Source: Blastocatellia bacterium (GTDB taxonomy: Bacteria > Acidobacteriota > Blastocatellia > Chloracidobacteriales > JADJPF01). From it: a stretch of DNA of 64,000 bases. Below the pieces are notes generated by a model, which had not been told where the DNA came from, made no database searches, and was given only the letters and a program-made list of their open reading frames with translations. A program made the position numbers and the translations under genes. This document shows positions 14,122 through 25,700 of this stretch, in pieces. The stretch's first letter is position 1. Each line of letters opens with the position of its first letter. Location: contig JANWYG010000008.1 in NCBI GenBank assembly GCA_025057015.1, positions 15,848 to 79,847 on the forward strand, given 5' to 3'.

Positions 14122-14526
14122 TTACTCCTTATTCTCTCGGGAATTGGAGGCGGTATTAGAAAAGCCAAATAATTTCTTAGTCTGTTTCGCGTATTGACTT
14201 TCAGGGAACTCGTCTACTAGTTTTTTAGCAAAATTTATAGCATCATCTTTCTTTCCTAGCTTGTCAAGCGAGACAGCAAGTAGCCACAATACTTCATCGA
14301 TTTTTGAGTATTCGGGATATGTGTAAACAATCTCAAACAGCCTGTCAGTGACGCCTTTGTAGGCCTTTTTCTTGAAATAAAATCTAGCTACTTCCAGATT
14401 ATGTTTAGCTTCTCGTTCAAGCTCTGGATTTTTAGGCATTCTTAAGGGTTGTTGTTGGAGAGTTCCCTGTGTTGCGGCGTATATGTGACAGGTTATGAGG
14501 AGAAGTAGAATCAGAGCCTTCTTCAT
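14122..14526 (-). CDS. Small secreted TPR-like protein (BamD/YfiO-like or YbgF-like)
   Basis: Has a signal peptide (MKKALILLLLITCHIYA) and TPR-like helices (ARFYFKKKAYKGV..., LAVSLDKLGKKDDAINFAKKLVDEFPES). Confidence 0.45.
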   Translation of the reverse strand: MKKALILLLLITCHIYAATQGTLQQQPLRMPKNPELEREAKHNLEVARFYFKKKAYKGVTDRLFEIVYTYPEYSKIDEVLWLLAVSLDKLGKKDDAINFAKKLVDEFPESQYAKQTKKLFGFSNTASNSRENKE

Positions 14527-14530
14527 GTTC

Positions 14531-17500
14531 TTAACTTGGTTGGCTTAGTAGCTGCTTCATAGTGTTATGAACTGCTTCTATGCGGAAGGGTTTGAGAAAT
14601 ACCATATCTACTAATTTTCTGTTGTTATGGTTTATTTCAGTATCACAGCCTGTTACTAGTACTACTTTCGAACTACTGTATCGCTGTTTTACTTCGGAAG
14701 CAAACTTCCAACCGTCCATATCTACGAGCACTAGATCGGTGAAAACTACGTCGAACTGGGTCTTGGATAATACCTCGAGTGCTTCTCTACCGCTAGAGGC
14801 TTGGATCACGCTATGTCCTTGCATTTCGAGGGCATCTGAAAGTACTTCTCGCACGGAGTCTTCATCGTCTACGACGAGAACTTTGACTTTTCTTGGCGGC
14901 TCCATCGGCAAGGAGGTGGTATCTTCTGAGTAGGAACTGTCTGATTTATGGTGGTAAGGTAAGGTGATGATGAAGGTAGTGCCTTCGCCAGGGCAGCTTT
15001 GTACTTCTATACGACCGTTGAGGCGCGTGATGATATTTTGAGATACGAAAAGTCCCAAACCTGTACCTGCTTGACCTTTAGTGGTGAAAAATGGTTCGAA
15101 GAGCCGACTCTTTATCTCCTCTGTCATACCTATGCCGGTATCGGTCAATGCTATGTTTACAAAGCCGTCCCCGCAGAAAGTTCCTATATGTATTAGGCCA
15201 CCTTCAGGCATGGCATCTAGGGCATTGAGGATAAGGTTGACGAAAACTTCTCGTAATTCCGAAGGATCGGCCAGAACGGTAGCTGGTTGCTCTAAGCTTG
15301 TTTCTATCTTGTAGGATATTCCTTTTGCTAGGGCATCTTCTCTCCATCTGGAAGAAGTCATTTCTATGCAGTCGATAATTATCTCATTTACATCTACTTC
15401 GGTCGGATAGTGATCCTGGTTAAGGCGGGAAAAGTTCTGTATTCTACGGGCAATATTTGCGCCGTCGAGGGCAGCAGTTTCTATAACTTCCAACCCTCGC
15501 CGCAGCTGTTCGTCTTCGGTAGTTCGCTTAAGGATCTGGGCCTTACCCAAGATAGTCGTCAAAATGTTGTTAAAGTCGTGGGCTATTCCTGAAGCCATCT
15601 GTCCTATGATGTGCAGCTTGTCTGAGTTTGCAGCTACTGCTGCTGCTTGTTTTTCTTCAGTTACGTCCCTAGCTATGACTAATACACCAGATAGTTGGCC
15701 GCTTGTAAACAATGGTGAAAAAGTCAGTATAACTGAACGGTGGCTGCTAGAAATGTGTCTGAAGCAGAGTTCGCATTTTTGAGCTCTACCAAGAGATGCT
15801 ACTTCGAAGGCATGTTTGGCTTGAGAGATGCTTTCTTCAGTTAGAAGCTCGCTGAAGTTGCGACCTATTAATTTGTCTGCTGGTAGTCCGGTTAGTTCTG
15901 CGAGCATTGCGTTTGCTAAAGTTATGTCTCCGTTTCTATCTAACGCAAAAATGGCATCGTAGGCATTTTCTATGAGGTTTATAAAGAAGAGGCGTTGAGT
16001 TTGAGCAGTAGCCTCTGTGCGCCGTAGCTCAGTCAGATCTCGCAGAACACATACTGCTCCATAGCGGCTGTTGGTATTGCCTATAGGGTCTACGGACAAG
16101 AGTAAGAGTCTATCGGTGTAAACCTTTTCGAATTGTCTAGATTCACCTGAAGAGATGGCATTCGCTATTAGGTTTTGTGTTTCTCTGAAAATAGGGTGCA
16201 GCTCAGCAGAGTCTGTACCCTGGATTATACCGGTAGGCCTGTTGAAAAATCTCGTAGCAGCTTCGTTTGCAGTGACTACTAGTTTCTTCTTATCGAGTAT
16301 GACTACCGGATCAGAAACGGCATTAAAAGTAGCTGCCCAGCGCTGTAACTGCCGTTTTAGGTCGCGCAGCTTCTCGGCTGAAGTTACCACTGGTGCAAGC
16401 TGGCTGGCGTAGCGCTGTAATTCTGACACCAATCTTTGCTTGAGCGGTCGTTCTAGCAAGGCGATGAATAATCCTACGGTCTTTGTTTGCGTCACTATTG
16501 GCAGCAGTAATGCATAGTTTACCTTAAACCTGTTATGTAGCCGCTTTATCAGACTTGATGTTTCAAGAATCGTATCTAAATTTTCAAGTAATACTAGCTT
16601 TCCTTGCCTTAGCGCGCTGTTTATGAGGGTGTCTTCTGTAGAGATGATTAGATCGCAACCTTGAATACCAGGTGTTTTGCGGACTTCAGTTTCGAGCAGC
16701 ATTATCTTAGCGTCTTTTTGATCGCTGCCGGGTCTATAAAAGGCAGCTACCGTGGCAGAGGTTATTTCTACGGCTTCAGCCACGAAAAGTTTTATAGCCT
16801 GTGCAGGATCGAGATTGACAGCTAAATTCAAGCAATACCTATCAAATCTTTCTTTTTCTAAATTTAATACTTCTTTGAGGAAGAATTCTTTTGCTATTTC
16901 GGCGAAGTTTGAAACTACTTGCTTTTTGTTGTCGAAATAACCTGCTGCCATGTCGCCAAAGACTAGTATAGTGCAAGTTTGATTGTCAGCATGTATCGGT
17001 ATAAAGGCTAATGCTCTTAGTCCAAAGAGAGTATACTCGTCTTCGTATTTCAGTTCCATTATTGCGTCATGGACTATGGCTATGTCGCAGTTTTCTAAAA
17101 CTTCTCGTAAGGTGGGCGTAGAAGGAAATGTCGTAGCAGCCGTCGCCTCTATGCTCTCCTTTATATCTATCAAACTGCGTGTGAACCTATGGTGAGCTAT
17201 TTGGAGGAATACTTCCTCGCCTTCTTTTTTGCCGATGAGACAAGCACCAAAGTCACACTGCAAAGCGGCACAACCGCGCCTTACTAGTGCCTCTAGGGGA
17301 TCAATTTCTACACTATAACGTTTGTTTCGTTCAGAGTGAGCGTTTTCAATGAGAGCCTTGTCTATAATACCAGAGATTGTGCAAAAGAAATCAGGCCAGT
17401 TGTACTCGCCGCCTTTGAACCTGAATAGCTTAAGTAACGAGTTACGTAGGGCACAAAGTACTTCTGCCGGCGGACAAGAGGAGTTCAAGTACTCTCTAAA

Positions 17501-17650
17501 CGAATCGGTTGAAGACGTAGCCTCGATAAGAGCATCTGTTAGGTCAGTTATTTCCGGCATATCGAATGAAGTGTTTAGTTCACATCCGATTGTATCGATT
17601 AAGGTTAACCTATATTTGCTGAGCAGCTCTTTTAGTTTTGTGAAATCCAT
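14531..17650 (-). CDS. Hybrid sensor histidine kinase (GAF/PAS sensory region, HisKA, HATPase_c, C-terminal receiver)
   Basis: H-box GIAHDFNNILTTILG; N/G boxes LNALDAM, DTGIGM, GTGLGL; receiver KVLVVDDE...TDLVLVDMDG...LKPF. Confidence 0.85.
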   Translation of the reverse strand: MDFTKLKELLSKYRLTLIDTIGCELNTSFDMPEITDLTDALIEATSSTDSFREYLNSSCPPAEVLCALRNSLLKLFRFKGGEYNWPDFFCTISGIIDKALIENAHSERNKRYSVEIDPLEALVRRGCAALQCDFGACLIGKKEGEEVFLQIAHHRFTRSLIDIKESIEATAATTFPSTPTLREVLENCDIAIVHDAIMELKYEDEYTLFGLRALAFIPIHADNQTCTILVFGDMAAGYFDNKKQVVSNFAEIAKEFFLKEVLNLEKERFDRYCLNLAVNLDPAQAIKLFVAEAVEITSATVAAFYRPGSDQKDAKIMLLETEVRKTPGIQGCDLIISTEDTLINSALRQGKLVLLENLDTILETSSLIKRLHNRFKVNYALLLPIVTQTKTVGLFIALLERPLKQRLVSELQRYASQLAPVVTSAEKLRDLKRQLQRWAATFNAVSDPVVILDKKKLVVTANEAATRFFNRPTGIIQGTDSAELHPIFRETQNLIANAISSGESRQFEKVYTDRLLLLSVDPIGNTNSRYGAVCVLRDLTELRRTEATAQTQRLFFINLIENAYDAIFALDRNGDITLANAMLAELTGLPADKLIGRNFSELLTEESISQAKHAFEVASLGRAQKCELCFRHISSSHRSVILTFSPLFTSGQLSGVLVIARDVTEEKQAAAVAANSDKLHIIGQMASGIAHDFNNILTTILGKAQILKRTTEDEQLRRGLEVIETAALDGANIARRIQNFSRLNQDHYPTEVDVNEIIIDCIEMTSSRWREDALAKGISYKIETSLEQPATVLADPSELREVFVNLILNALDAMPEGGLIHIGTFCGDGFVNIALTDTGIGMTEEIKSRLFEPFFTTKGQAGTGLGLFVSQNIITRLNGRIEVQSCPGEGTTFIITLPYHHKSDSSYSEDTTSLPMEPPRKVKVLVVDDEDSVREVLSDALEMQGHSVIQASSGREALEVLSKTQFDVVFTDLVLVDMDGWKFASEVKQRYSSSKVVLVTGCDTEINHNNRKLVDMVFLKPFRIEAVHNTMKQLLSQPS

Positions 17651-17823
17651 GGCAGTTTGGGTATTCTATAAGATAGTTATAATGGTATCAGTTTATGTTG
17701 TGTTCGCTTCTTTCATCTAGAAGCAGAGTCTTCTAAGGCCTCGCTAAAACGCGTTGAGTAAGTGTAACCACATTAGCCGATGCTCGTAAAAAGCTCAAGA
17801 GGTGTTTGTCTGCCCTGAGCGAG

Positions 17824-20253
17824 TTAGTGATTTTTCGTGGCTCTTACCTGTTGCGATAGGTCTTTCTCGGCAATATCTCGGAGCTTATTTATCGCTTCAG
17901 GTTTGCCTATACGTAGCAGAGCTTCTGCTGCTGCCGAACGTACTTTCTCGTCCTTGTCTAAGCTGAGCATCTTTAAGATATCTAGACTGTCAGAACAGTT
18001 AAGGTATTTTAACACTGTTGCTACGCCAGCCCTGCGCGTGGGATTCTTGTCTTTAGCTGCTTTTTCTAGCTGCGGAATTATTTCTCTCCCTAATTTGGCA
18101 AGACTAGCTGCTACGGCATCCCTTACATAGAATCGCTCATCGCTGAGAGCTTCTATAAGATACGCTGCAGCGGTTATGTCGCCGATCTCGCCTAGCACGA
18201 TAGCAGCTGAAGCCTTGTCTTGCCCTGTAGATGCTTGAAGTAGGTTACATAGCGATGCAACTGCCGGTTTACCTATCGATGCTAAAGCTTGAGCTATAGC
18301 TTGTTTGTTGCTGTTTTCACTTACTAGAGCCTTTACTAATAGATCAACTGCTGGAGCACCTATAGAGACGAGGGCATTTCTGGCATAGTATCTGACAGGA
18401 GCTGCTTTATCTTGTAGCAGCTCTACCATCCGCGGTACGGCTTGAACTAAACGCCACTCACCTAGGATGCGTGCCGCATATGCTCGTACACGCCAGCGAT
18501 TTGACTTGGTCAGCTCTAACAAGCGCTTGGCAACTTCGCTGTCTGTAGGTAATAAAAGCATCTGTTCTGCTGCTAGACCTGCCAGGGTGCTGTCAGATTC
18601 TAGTATTTCGGTCAGCGCAACAAGTGCCCTTTTATGCTTCATCTGCCCTAGGGCCATGATTGCAGCAAACCTCACTCCTTGAGAGCTGTCTCTCAGTGCT
18701 TGAACGATGCGTTCTAAGTGTTCTGGGCTTTCGAGCTTGCCTAGTGCTGTCAGAGCGGCTGTTCTTACTGCTGGATGCTCATCGAACGAAGCTATCAGCA
18801 AAGCTGAATCAAGATCCTTGTACTTCATCTTTCCACAAAGTTCGGCAGCGTCAGCCCTAACACGCCAGTCCTCTGAAGATAAGCGCCGTTCGATGTGGAT
18901 GCGGTCAATGCCTAGCTTTTCTAGAGCAGAACGGGTAGTGTCGGATACAAACTCGACTTCATCATCCAGTAACGGCAGCAACATTTCCACAAACTGCGTG
19001 CCTTTATGCTCAGCTGCTATGTTTACTGCTTCCTGCCGTATCCGTGGATCTGGATGAGATAACGCAACTAGTAGTACCTCTACGGGAGAACCTTCGACAA
19101 GACGGCCGTACCAGCGTAACGCTTGCTGCTGATCGTACCAATAAGATGATTCGCCTTTGATGCTTCTTACCAAGTTGTCTAAAGTTACATCTAGCGCCGC
19201 TAATACCGGCAGTAGCTCGGACTTTCGCCTTTCGGAAGATATTAGCTGCTCAACTGCCCAGGCAGACTTGTATCTTGTCAATCCCTCAATTAAGTGTTGT
19301 CTGATAGACTCATTACCCCTGCCGAGAGCATTGAGCAAGCCTTCTAGGGCTTCTTCAGAGTTACGTTCAGCCAAAGCTTCGATTATCTTGAGCTGTAAGC
19401 TTTCATCTTCGAGCTCTAGAAGTAGCTTCGATAAGGCTGTGGTGGCAGTCCTGCCTACTGTTTTACATAATGCAGAAACTGCTGCTTTCTGCAATCTAGG
19501 ATCACCTTCCTTTGCAAAAGAAGCAATTAGTTCTACTGATTGAGGATCGCCTAGTAGGCAGATCGCCAACTTTAGGCGCAAGTCATACGGCGCAGGAACA
19601 CTTGCAAGGCTACTAACTAACGGCTGTAGATACTCGAACTTTCCAAGCAGATAAGCTGCTGCCCAGTAAGCTGCATCAGTCGGAGTTTCAGCAAGTAGGC
19701 TTAAAGCTTTTTGACCTTTTCTGCTTGCTAAAGCAAAGGTCACTTCCCATCTGACCCTGGGCGCCCTATCCGACTTCAGTTTGTCAAGTAGTTGGAACGC
19801 TAGCTCGTCATCTGGAAGCAGGGCAGTTGTTTTTGCTACCTGCTGACGCACGAAAGCGTCTTCATCTTCGGCTAAGCTTGAGAGTAGACCGTAAACTTCT
19901 GAGAGGTTCTCTAAACTGCAAGCCAGATTACCTAGGGCTAAGGCTGCGTTGCCTCTTACAAACCAGTGACTATCGGTTGCTAAGCGAGGCAACTCTGCTC
20001 GTAGCTCGTTTGTTATTAACCCAGCTGCGCGTCCACGTAGTACCCAATCAGAATCTCTCGTAGCCGCAAGTAGCAGTGGCTGTGCACGTTTGGCATTTCG
20101 TTCTACAAGTAATGGCAACAGTTTGAAGCGTTCTTGTGGTTCTGATTGATAGCGTCGCTCTAGCTCGGCAAAGTCTTGTGCTTGTACGAGCGCTAATATG
20201 CACAGCAGAAAGTTAATTCTCAACGCGAGTCCAACTGCCATATATTTCTCCAA
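17824..20253 (-). CDS. Secreted HEAT-repeat (PBS-lyase HEAT-like) protein, about 805 aa
   Basis: About 30-aa repeats recur (..VR..AA.ALG.....AV..L...L.D..). It has an N-terminal signal-like segment. The true start may be the ATG at 20241. Confidence 0.7.
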   Translation of the reverse strand: MEKYMAVGLALRINFLLCILALVQAQDFAELERRYQSEPQERFKLLPLLVERNAKRAQPLLLAATRDSDWVLRGRAAGLITNELRAELPRLATDSHWFVRGNAALALGNLACSLENLSEVYGLLSSLAEDEDAFVRQQVAKTTALLPDDELAFQLLDKLKSDRAPRVRWEVTFALASRKGQKALSLLAETPTDAAYWAAAYLLGKFEYLQPLVSSLASVPAPYDLRLKLAICLLGDPQSVELIASFAKEGDPRLQKAAVSALCKTVGRTATTALSKLLLELEDESLQLKIIEALAERNSEEALEGLLNALGRGNESIRQHLIEGLTRYKSAWAVEQLISSERRKSELLPVLAALDVTLDNLVRSIKGESSYWYDQQQALRWYGRLVEGSPVEVLLVALSHPDPRIRQEAVNIAAEHKGTQFVEMLLPLLDDEVEFVSDTTRSALEKLGIDRIHIERRLSSEDWRVRADAAELCGKMKYKDLDSALLIASFDEHPAVRTAALTALGKLESPEHLERIVQALRDSSQGVRFAAIMALGQMKHKRALVALTEILESDSTLAGLAAEQMLLLPTDSEVAKRLLELTKSNRWRVRAYAARILGEWRLVQAVPRMVELLQDKAAPVRYYARNALVSIGAPAVDLLVKALVSENSNKQAIAQALASIGKPAVASLCNLLQASTGQDKASAAIVLGEIGDITAAAYLIEALSDERFYVRDAVAASLAKLGREIIPQLEKAAKDKNPTRRAGVATVLKYLNCSDSLDILKMLSLDKDEKVRSAAAEALLRIGKPEAINKLRDIAEKDLSQQVRATKNH

Positions 20254-22669
20254 CGTGGACTTTAGCAGGTAGGAAGGTCGATCTCAATACCTCATCTTCA
20301 TCTACAAAGAAAGCACGCAAGCTTTTGTCTATAGGCACAGCAAGGATAAAGTAACTCGCCGCTCGGCGCTTCGTGGCTGCGCTAACGTAGAGCCTTATCT
20401 CGTAACCTGCTATTTCTCCGCTTTCAAGCTGTTGTCTTGCTAGTCCTTCGCTGACAAGCTGGTCTAGCGTAGCATAGCTACCACGCCTGCCGAAATAACT
20501 TCTTTGCGCTGTTACTAGTGCCTTAAGGGTCTCCAATATTGCGGTTTCATCACCAACAGTTGGATCTAGTTGCAGAGTAGGTCTGGTCGGTAATGTAATA
20601 TCTAGAGGTAAGGGTGAGATTATGAGAGAGGGTAGGTTGTGCTCTATATCGGCTATAGAGATTGCTGCCTGTGGTAGTTGCGTAACTTCAGGCAGTTTCG
20701 GAACATCTGTGACTGTTGATGTTGGCATTGGTATTGCCATAGTTTCTGCCGAAGCTTCGAGTTCAAAGGTGCTTGACTCTACAGTAGTTGGTAAAGATGC
20801 CAGGGCAACTTCTTGAAATATGCGGTTCGGCTGAACTGGTTCTAGCAGAGCCTCAATCAGGTTTGGTGCTAGCATAGCTAGTTGTGGCTCGACTTCTGGT
20901 GGGCTTTCTAGCGGTGGAAGCAAAACTACAAGTTTGTGCGGTGCTGGCTGGATTGCTAGTGTAGCAACAGGTGGGATTTCTTCAAAGTTTAGTAAGACGG
21001 CAGTAGGTAGTTGATGTGCCGGTAGCCCTTTGGCCTTCAGAATAGCTGCTGCGAAGTTGCGTACAGTTATATCTGAGTCTTCCGAAACTGTGCGTTGTAG
21101 ACGAGCTAGGATTTCGGGACGATTGCTGTTTGCAAGTAGTTCTAGGGCTAGCAGGCGATTGTCTGCAATAGGGTCTTCTAGACCGTCGATGATTAGTTCT
21201 AGTTTGCTAATAGTAGCTGCTATCAGGAGTGCCCTGCGGCGTGTTTGAGCATTACTTGTCTGTGCTGCCGTCTCAAGTGAAGAGAGAGCTTTTGGAGCTT
21301 GGCGAAAGTAAGCTTCAAGGGCATCGGCTGAAAGTTGTCGTTTTTGAGAGAAGATATTTGCAAGTACGTCGTCTGGATCTAGACGAGCTAGCTCTGTGGC
21401 TGCTGCCAGGCGTATCTCTATGCTGTTGTCTGAGAGCTTTTCTACGAGTATAGGCAGGGAGCGCTTCGGATCGAGTTTTGCTAGCACAGATATTATCGAC
21501 GTCTGGATGCTATCTCTGTCTTTAGCAAGTAGTTCTAGAAGAGGTTCGAATGCCTGAACGTCGCCTATATTTCCGAGCGCTAGGATAGCAGCACGTCTTA
21601 ATTCAGCATCGCTATCTCGCAGAATTCGTATTAGGGATTCTGTGGCACGTCGGTCACCTATACGACCTAGTGCAATGGTGGCACTGATCTTGACTAATCG
21701 ATTTGTTTCATCAAGTAACGCTACGAGCGGTTCTATTGCCTTTGGGTCACCTATAGCAGCAAGTGCTTCGGCGGCTCGTATCTTGACACGTGGTTCGTCG
21801 AGTCGCAGTGTGTCGATAAGTGGCTCGATAGCTTGACGACTGCCAAGTTTGCCAAGAGCATGTGCTGCGTTAGTACGTACGAACGGGTCGAGATCGGTTA
21901 GTGCTTCTATGAGAATATGTATGGCACGTTCGTCACGACTACGTCCAAGAGATTCGGCTGCCACTGCCCGCACCATGCGGTCTTCATCTTTCATTGCTGT
22001 AACAAGTGCTTCGAATGAACTATCGTCAATACTTAGCTGGCCTAGTGCTGCTGCTACCGCTGTGCGTACATAATTGCTTTTATCTTTGATTGCAGATACA
22101 AGAGCTGTTTTTGCGCTTGGGTCTGCTAAAGCACCCAAAGCTTCGGCTGCTGATGTACGGACTTGTGTGTCAGGGTCATTTAGTAATAGAGCAGTCAAGT
22201 GTATGGTTGCCCGATTTGAGCCTATTCGTCCCAAAGCTGTGGCAGCAGAGGCTCTTGGGAATGGTTTAGGATCTTTTAGTAGTTCAAGTAGTGCAGGTAC
22301 GGCTTTGGGATCGGCTATACGTCCAAGTGCGATTGCTGCGTTCGAACGCAGGTCCTCGTCTAGATCAGAGAGTGCTGCTATCAGGTGCGGAACGGCAGTG
22401 CTTGATTTCAGCTCTCCTAGCGAGAGCGCCGCTTGTGCAGCAACCATTCGATCAGGATCTTTTAGCGCGCCAAGTAATCCTTCTATTACGGCCTCGCTTG
22501 TACCGCTTCGGCCTAGTTCTTCAGCTGCTTTGCGCCGTATTCTTCTGTCTTCAGACTTAAGCTCGGAAAGTAATTTCGCCTGTCGGCTAGGTACTTGTGT
22601 TAAGTCTTGTGCTTGCAGCGGCGTATTTGCTGCGAAGATTAGGATTAGTAAAAAAGCAAGAGTTTTCAT
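20213..22669 (-). CDS. Secreted HEAT-repeat protein with Pro-rich linker and distinct C-terminal domain, 818 aa
   Basis: Has a signal peptide (MKTLAFLLILIFAANTPLQA) and more than 12 HEAT-like units (DPDRMVAAQAALSLGELKSSTAVPHLIAAL...). The last ~130 aa are not HEAT-like. Confidence 0.7.
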   Translation of the reverse strand: MKTLAFLLILIFAANTPLQAQDLTQVPSRQAKLLSELKSEDRRIRRKAAEELGRSGTSEAVIEGLLGALKDPDRMVAAQAALSLGELKSSTAVPHLIAALSDLDEDLRSNAAIALGRIADPKAVPALLELLKDPKPFPRASAATALGRIGSNRATIHLTALLLNDPDTQVRTSAAEALGALADPSAKTALVSAIKDKSNYVRTAVAAALGQLSIDDSSFEALVTAMKDEDRMVRAVAAESLGRSRDERAIHILIEALTDLDPFVRTNAAHALGKLGSRQAIEPLIDTLRLDEPRVKIRAAEALAAIGDPKAIEPLVALLDETNRLVKISATIALGRIGDRRATESLIRILRDSDAELRRAAILALGNIGDVQAFEPLLELLAKDRDSIQTSIISVLAKLDPKRSLPILVEKLSDNSIEIRLAAATELARLDPDDVLANIFSQKRQLSADALEAYFRQAPKALSSLETAAQTSNAQTRRRALLIAATISKLELIIDGLEDPIADNRLLALELLANSNRPEILARLQRTVSEDSDITVRNFAAAILKAKGLPAHQLPTAVLLNFEEIPPVATLAIQPAPHKLVVLLPPLESPPEVEPQLAMLAPNLIEALLEPVQPNRIFQEVALASLPTTVESSTFELEASAETMAIPMPTSTVTDVPKLPEVTQLPQAAISIADIEHNLPSLIISPLPLDITLPTRPTLQLDPTVGDETAILETLKALVTAQRSYFGRRGSYATLDQLVSEGLARQQLESGEIAGYEIRLYVSAATKRRAASYFILAVPIDKSLRAFFVDEDEVLRSTFLPAKVHVGEIYGSWTRVEN

Positions 22670-22728
22670 AATTGCCTTGGAGTTTGCTAAAATTGGTCTA
22701 CGATTACTTAAACTCTAGGATTGTGTAT

Positions 22729-25700
22729 ATGCTAGCTGTCAAGAGAGTTTTGTCGCTTCTTTTTCTAATATTGGCAGTTGATGTTTTTGCACAACTTAAG
22801 TCAGCAGAATCTGAGATAGAGAAAAGCTATCATGACAAGTTTGAAGATGATCCTGAAGAGCGCGCTAAATGGTTCTACTCGCTGCGCGCTTATCCTTACA
22901 AGAGCATACCTTCAGAAGCACGGCGCAGGGCCTGGGAGACTCGCACTCGCGTACTACCTCAACAAGCTGAGGGTGGTTGGGTGAGTATCGGACCTGCTCC
23001 TACTATTTCTGCTGTACCGAATAACTGGAAGGAGACGAGCGGACGGATAAACGCTATAGCTGTCTCTCCGGCAAACTCTCAGTTAGTACTCGTGGGGGCT
23101 TCTACTGGCGGGATTTGGCGTTCTACGGATGGTGGTGTTACGTTCCTTCCTGTAAGCGATGACCAAGTAGATTTGGCTGTTGGGGCGATTGCATTTGCAC
23201 CTACTAATCCAAACATAGTCTATGCTGGCATGGGGGATATAGACAACGGTTACTTTGGTAGTGGAGTACTTAAGTCTACTGATGCAGGCTTAACTTGGCA
23301 ACGGGTAAATGATGCTTCATTACCTTCACGTGGCTGGAGTGCTGACATAGCCGTCGATCCTACTGATCCAAATCGTGTCTATCTAGCTCAATATGCTCGG
23401 TTAAATGAGGGAAGGGCTTTTTCTAGCGGGTTTTATATCTCGACTAACGGGGGAGTGACTTGGACACGTACGCTTGGTGGCTTGCCTACGAACGTAGTGA
23501 TCGATCCTCGTAATTCCAACGTGCTCTATCTTGCAGTAACGAGGGTGGATGACGGTAGTGGTGCAGCAGGTATATTTCGATCTACTGATAGGGGGCAAAC
23601 CTGGCGGCAACTTTTCACAACTCCCTACGGCAATGCCGCTACCTACGATATTCGTGTAGCAGTTTCGGCTGCAAACACCAACGTGATCTATGGTTACACA
23701 GGTGGGATTTTGCAGGGAAGGTTTGACGTTAGAGTAGTAGTCAGTAAAGATGGCGGAAACCAATGGGTGAATCTTGGGTCTAGAGAGATAGATACGGGAC
23801 AGTTTGGATATAATACCTATCTGCAGGTAGATCCGAGAAACGCAGATATAGTCTATGTTGGCTCCCGCGACGTCTATAAAAGCACAAATGGTGGCGTCAA
23901 CTTCACGAATCTGAACAACAGTTTTACCGTAAGTGGCAGTTTTACCCCTGGTCGTTCTAACGCCCATCCTGATCAACACTGCTTGGCCTTTGATCCGAGA
24001 GACTCGAATATATTCTACATAGGCGGTGATGGCGGAATATATAAGACTACCGATGGAGGAAGAACTTTTGCCTCGCTCAATCAGACTTTGACTTTGCAAC
24101 AGACTTATGGAATAACGCTTCATCCTCTGGATCGTAAAGTCACTTATATAGGCACGCAGGATAACGGATTTCAAGTGCGGATTGCTGACAAGACTTGGCG
24201 CGAGCTGTTTACTGGTGATTACGGCACCGTAGTGATCAATCCCAAGGATACTTCGGCGTTTGTAACTAACTACGTACGGGGCGATATATTTTTGTTTCGT
24301 AACAATTCGTTTGCTGAGCAGGTAGCTACTAATTCAACCTTTGGCGAAAGCAGCAATCCTCGTATAGCGTTTATAGCTCCGCTTGTTGGAAACGGCGTGG
24401 ATGAAAGATTGTACTTTGGCACGTGGCGACTGTTTGTCTCACCGAACTTTGGGCGCACTTGGCAGGCGCCGGCAGGCGATCTGGATCTGACGAAAGGTAA
24501 TAGAGATGTGTTGAATACCATAGCGGTAAGTAGCAGTAACCCGGATGTTATCTACACTGGATCGGCTCAAGGCCGAGCTATGGTAAGTCGTGATGGAGGT
24601 AAGACTTGGACCGATATTACTGCTGGGCTTCCAAACAGAGCTATCACGGATATAGAAATATCTAGCTCAGATCCGGCGACAGCTTTTCTTACAGTGTCGG
24701 GCTATGGTTCTGGCCATATTTTTAAGACGACCGACTTTGGTGCTACCTGGAAAGATGTAAGTAGCGGTGTTCCAGATATTCCAGCAAACGCTGTAAAGAT
24801 AGATCCTATCTTTGCGAACATAATTTATTTGGGTACTGACATAGGTTGTTATAGATCGACCAACGGAGGAGAGACTTTTACGGAGTTTAACTTCGGGCTT
24901 CCGCCTGTGGTAGTAGCAGACTTTGCTTCGCAAAGCAGCGGGCTAGTGCAGCTTTCTACTTATGGACGGGGAGTATATGAGCTAGTCACCGTAGCTGATA
25001 CAGAGCCACCTAAAATTGAGATTACTTCGCCTGCTGGTGGCGAGGTACTGCAGGCAGGTAGCAGTTTCTCGATAGCCTGGAATTCTAGTGATAACTTTTC
25101 GCTGTTACGGCACGATATATCGCTATCTACTGACGCCGGTGTGAGTTTTCCGATAACTATAGCCTCAGGACTTGCAGCTACGGCGAAGACTTTCAATTGG
25201 TCTGTACCGCAACTTGACTCGAACCGTGCAGTTATAAGGGTTACTGCAACTGACCAAGCAAACAACTCGGCGAGCGCCGATAGCAGAGTATTTACTATAA
25301 AGAAGGGTGGTAGTGGCCCAACCGTCAAGGTCATCGCACCTAAAGGGGGAGAAGAACTGGTAGTCGGCAGTAATTTCTCTGTAGAATGGACTATCGTTGA
25401 GGACGTGGCTATCGAACGCCAGTCAATAGAGCTTTCGACTGATGGTGGAACGACGTTTCCTATAACGATTGTTTCGGGCTTAGCTGGAAATGTCAATAAG
25501 TTTACTTGGCGGGTGGCTGATGTTGTAACTGAAACTGCTGTTATTCGCGTCTCTGCCGTAGATACTGCGGGTAGAGAAGGTAAAGGCAATAGCGCGGTAT
25601 TTCATATCGTAAGGCCGGACTTTGCCTTGTTCTTCGCTCCCGATATGCTCAAAGTGAGCAGGGGACAGAAGGGACAGCTAACGGTAAATATTCGTCGCAC

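Noticed and set aside
22074-22718. 214-aa plus-strand ORF and several others (21030-22560) antisense to the HEAT-repeat gene
   Set aside because: These are Ala/Ser/Arg-rich antisense frames of a GC-rich repeat gene. They lack start context and overlap a much longer, well-supported CDS. The same reasoning applies to antisense ORFs 23401..24174, 24960..25589, 27268..27741 and 55184..55615.
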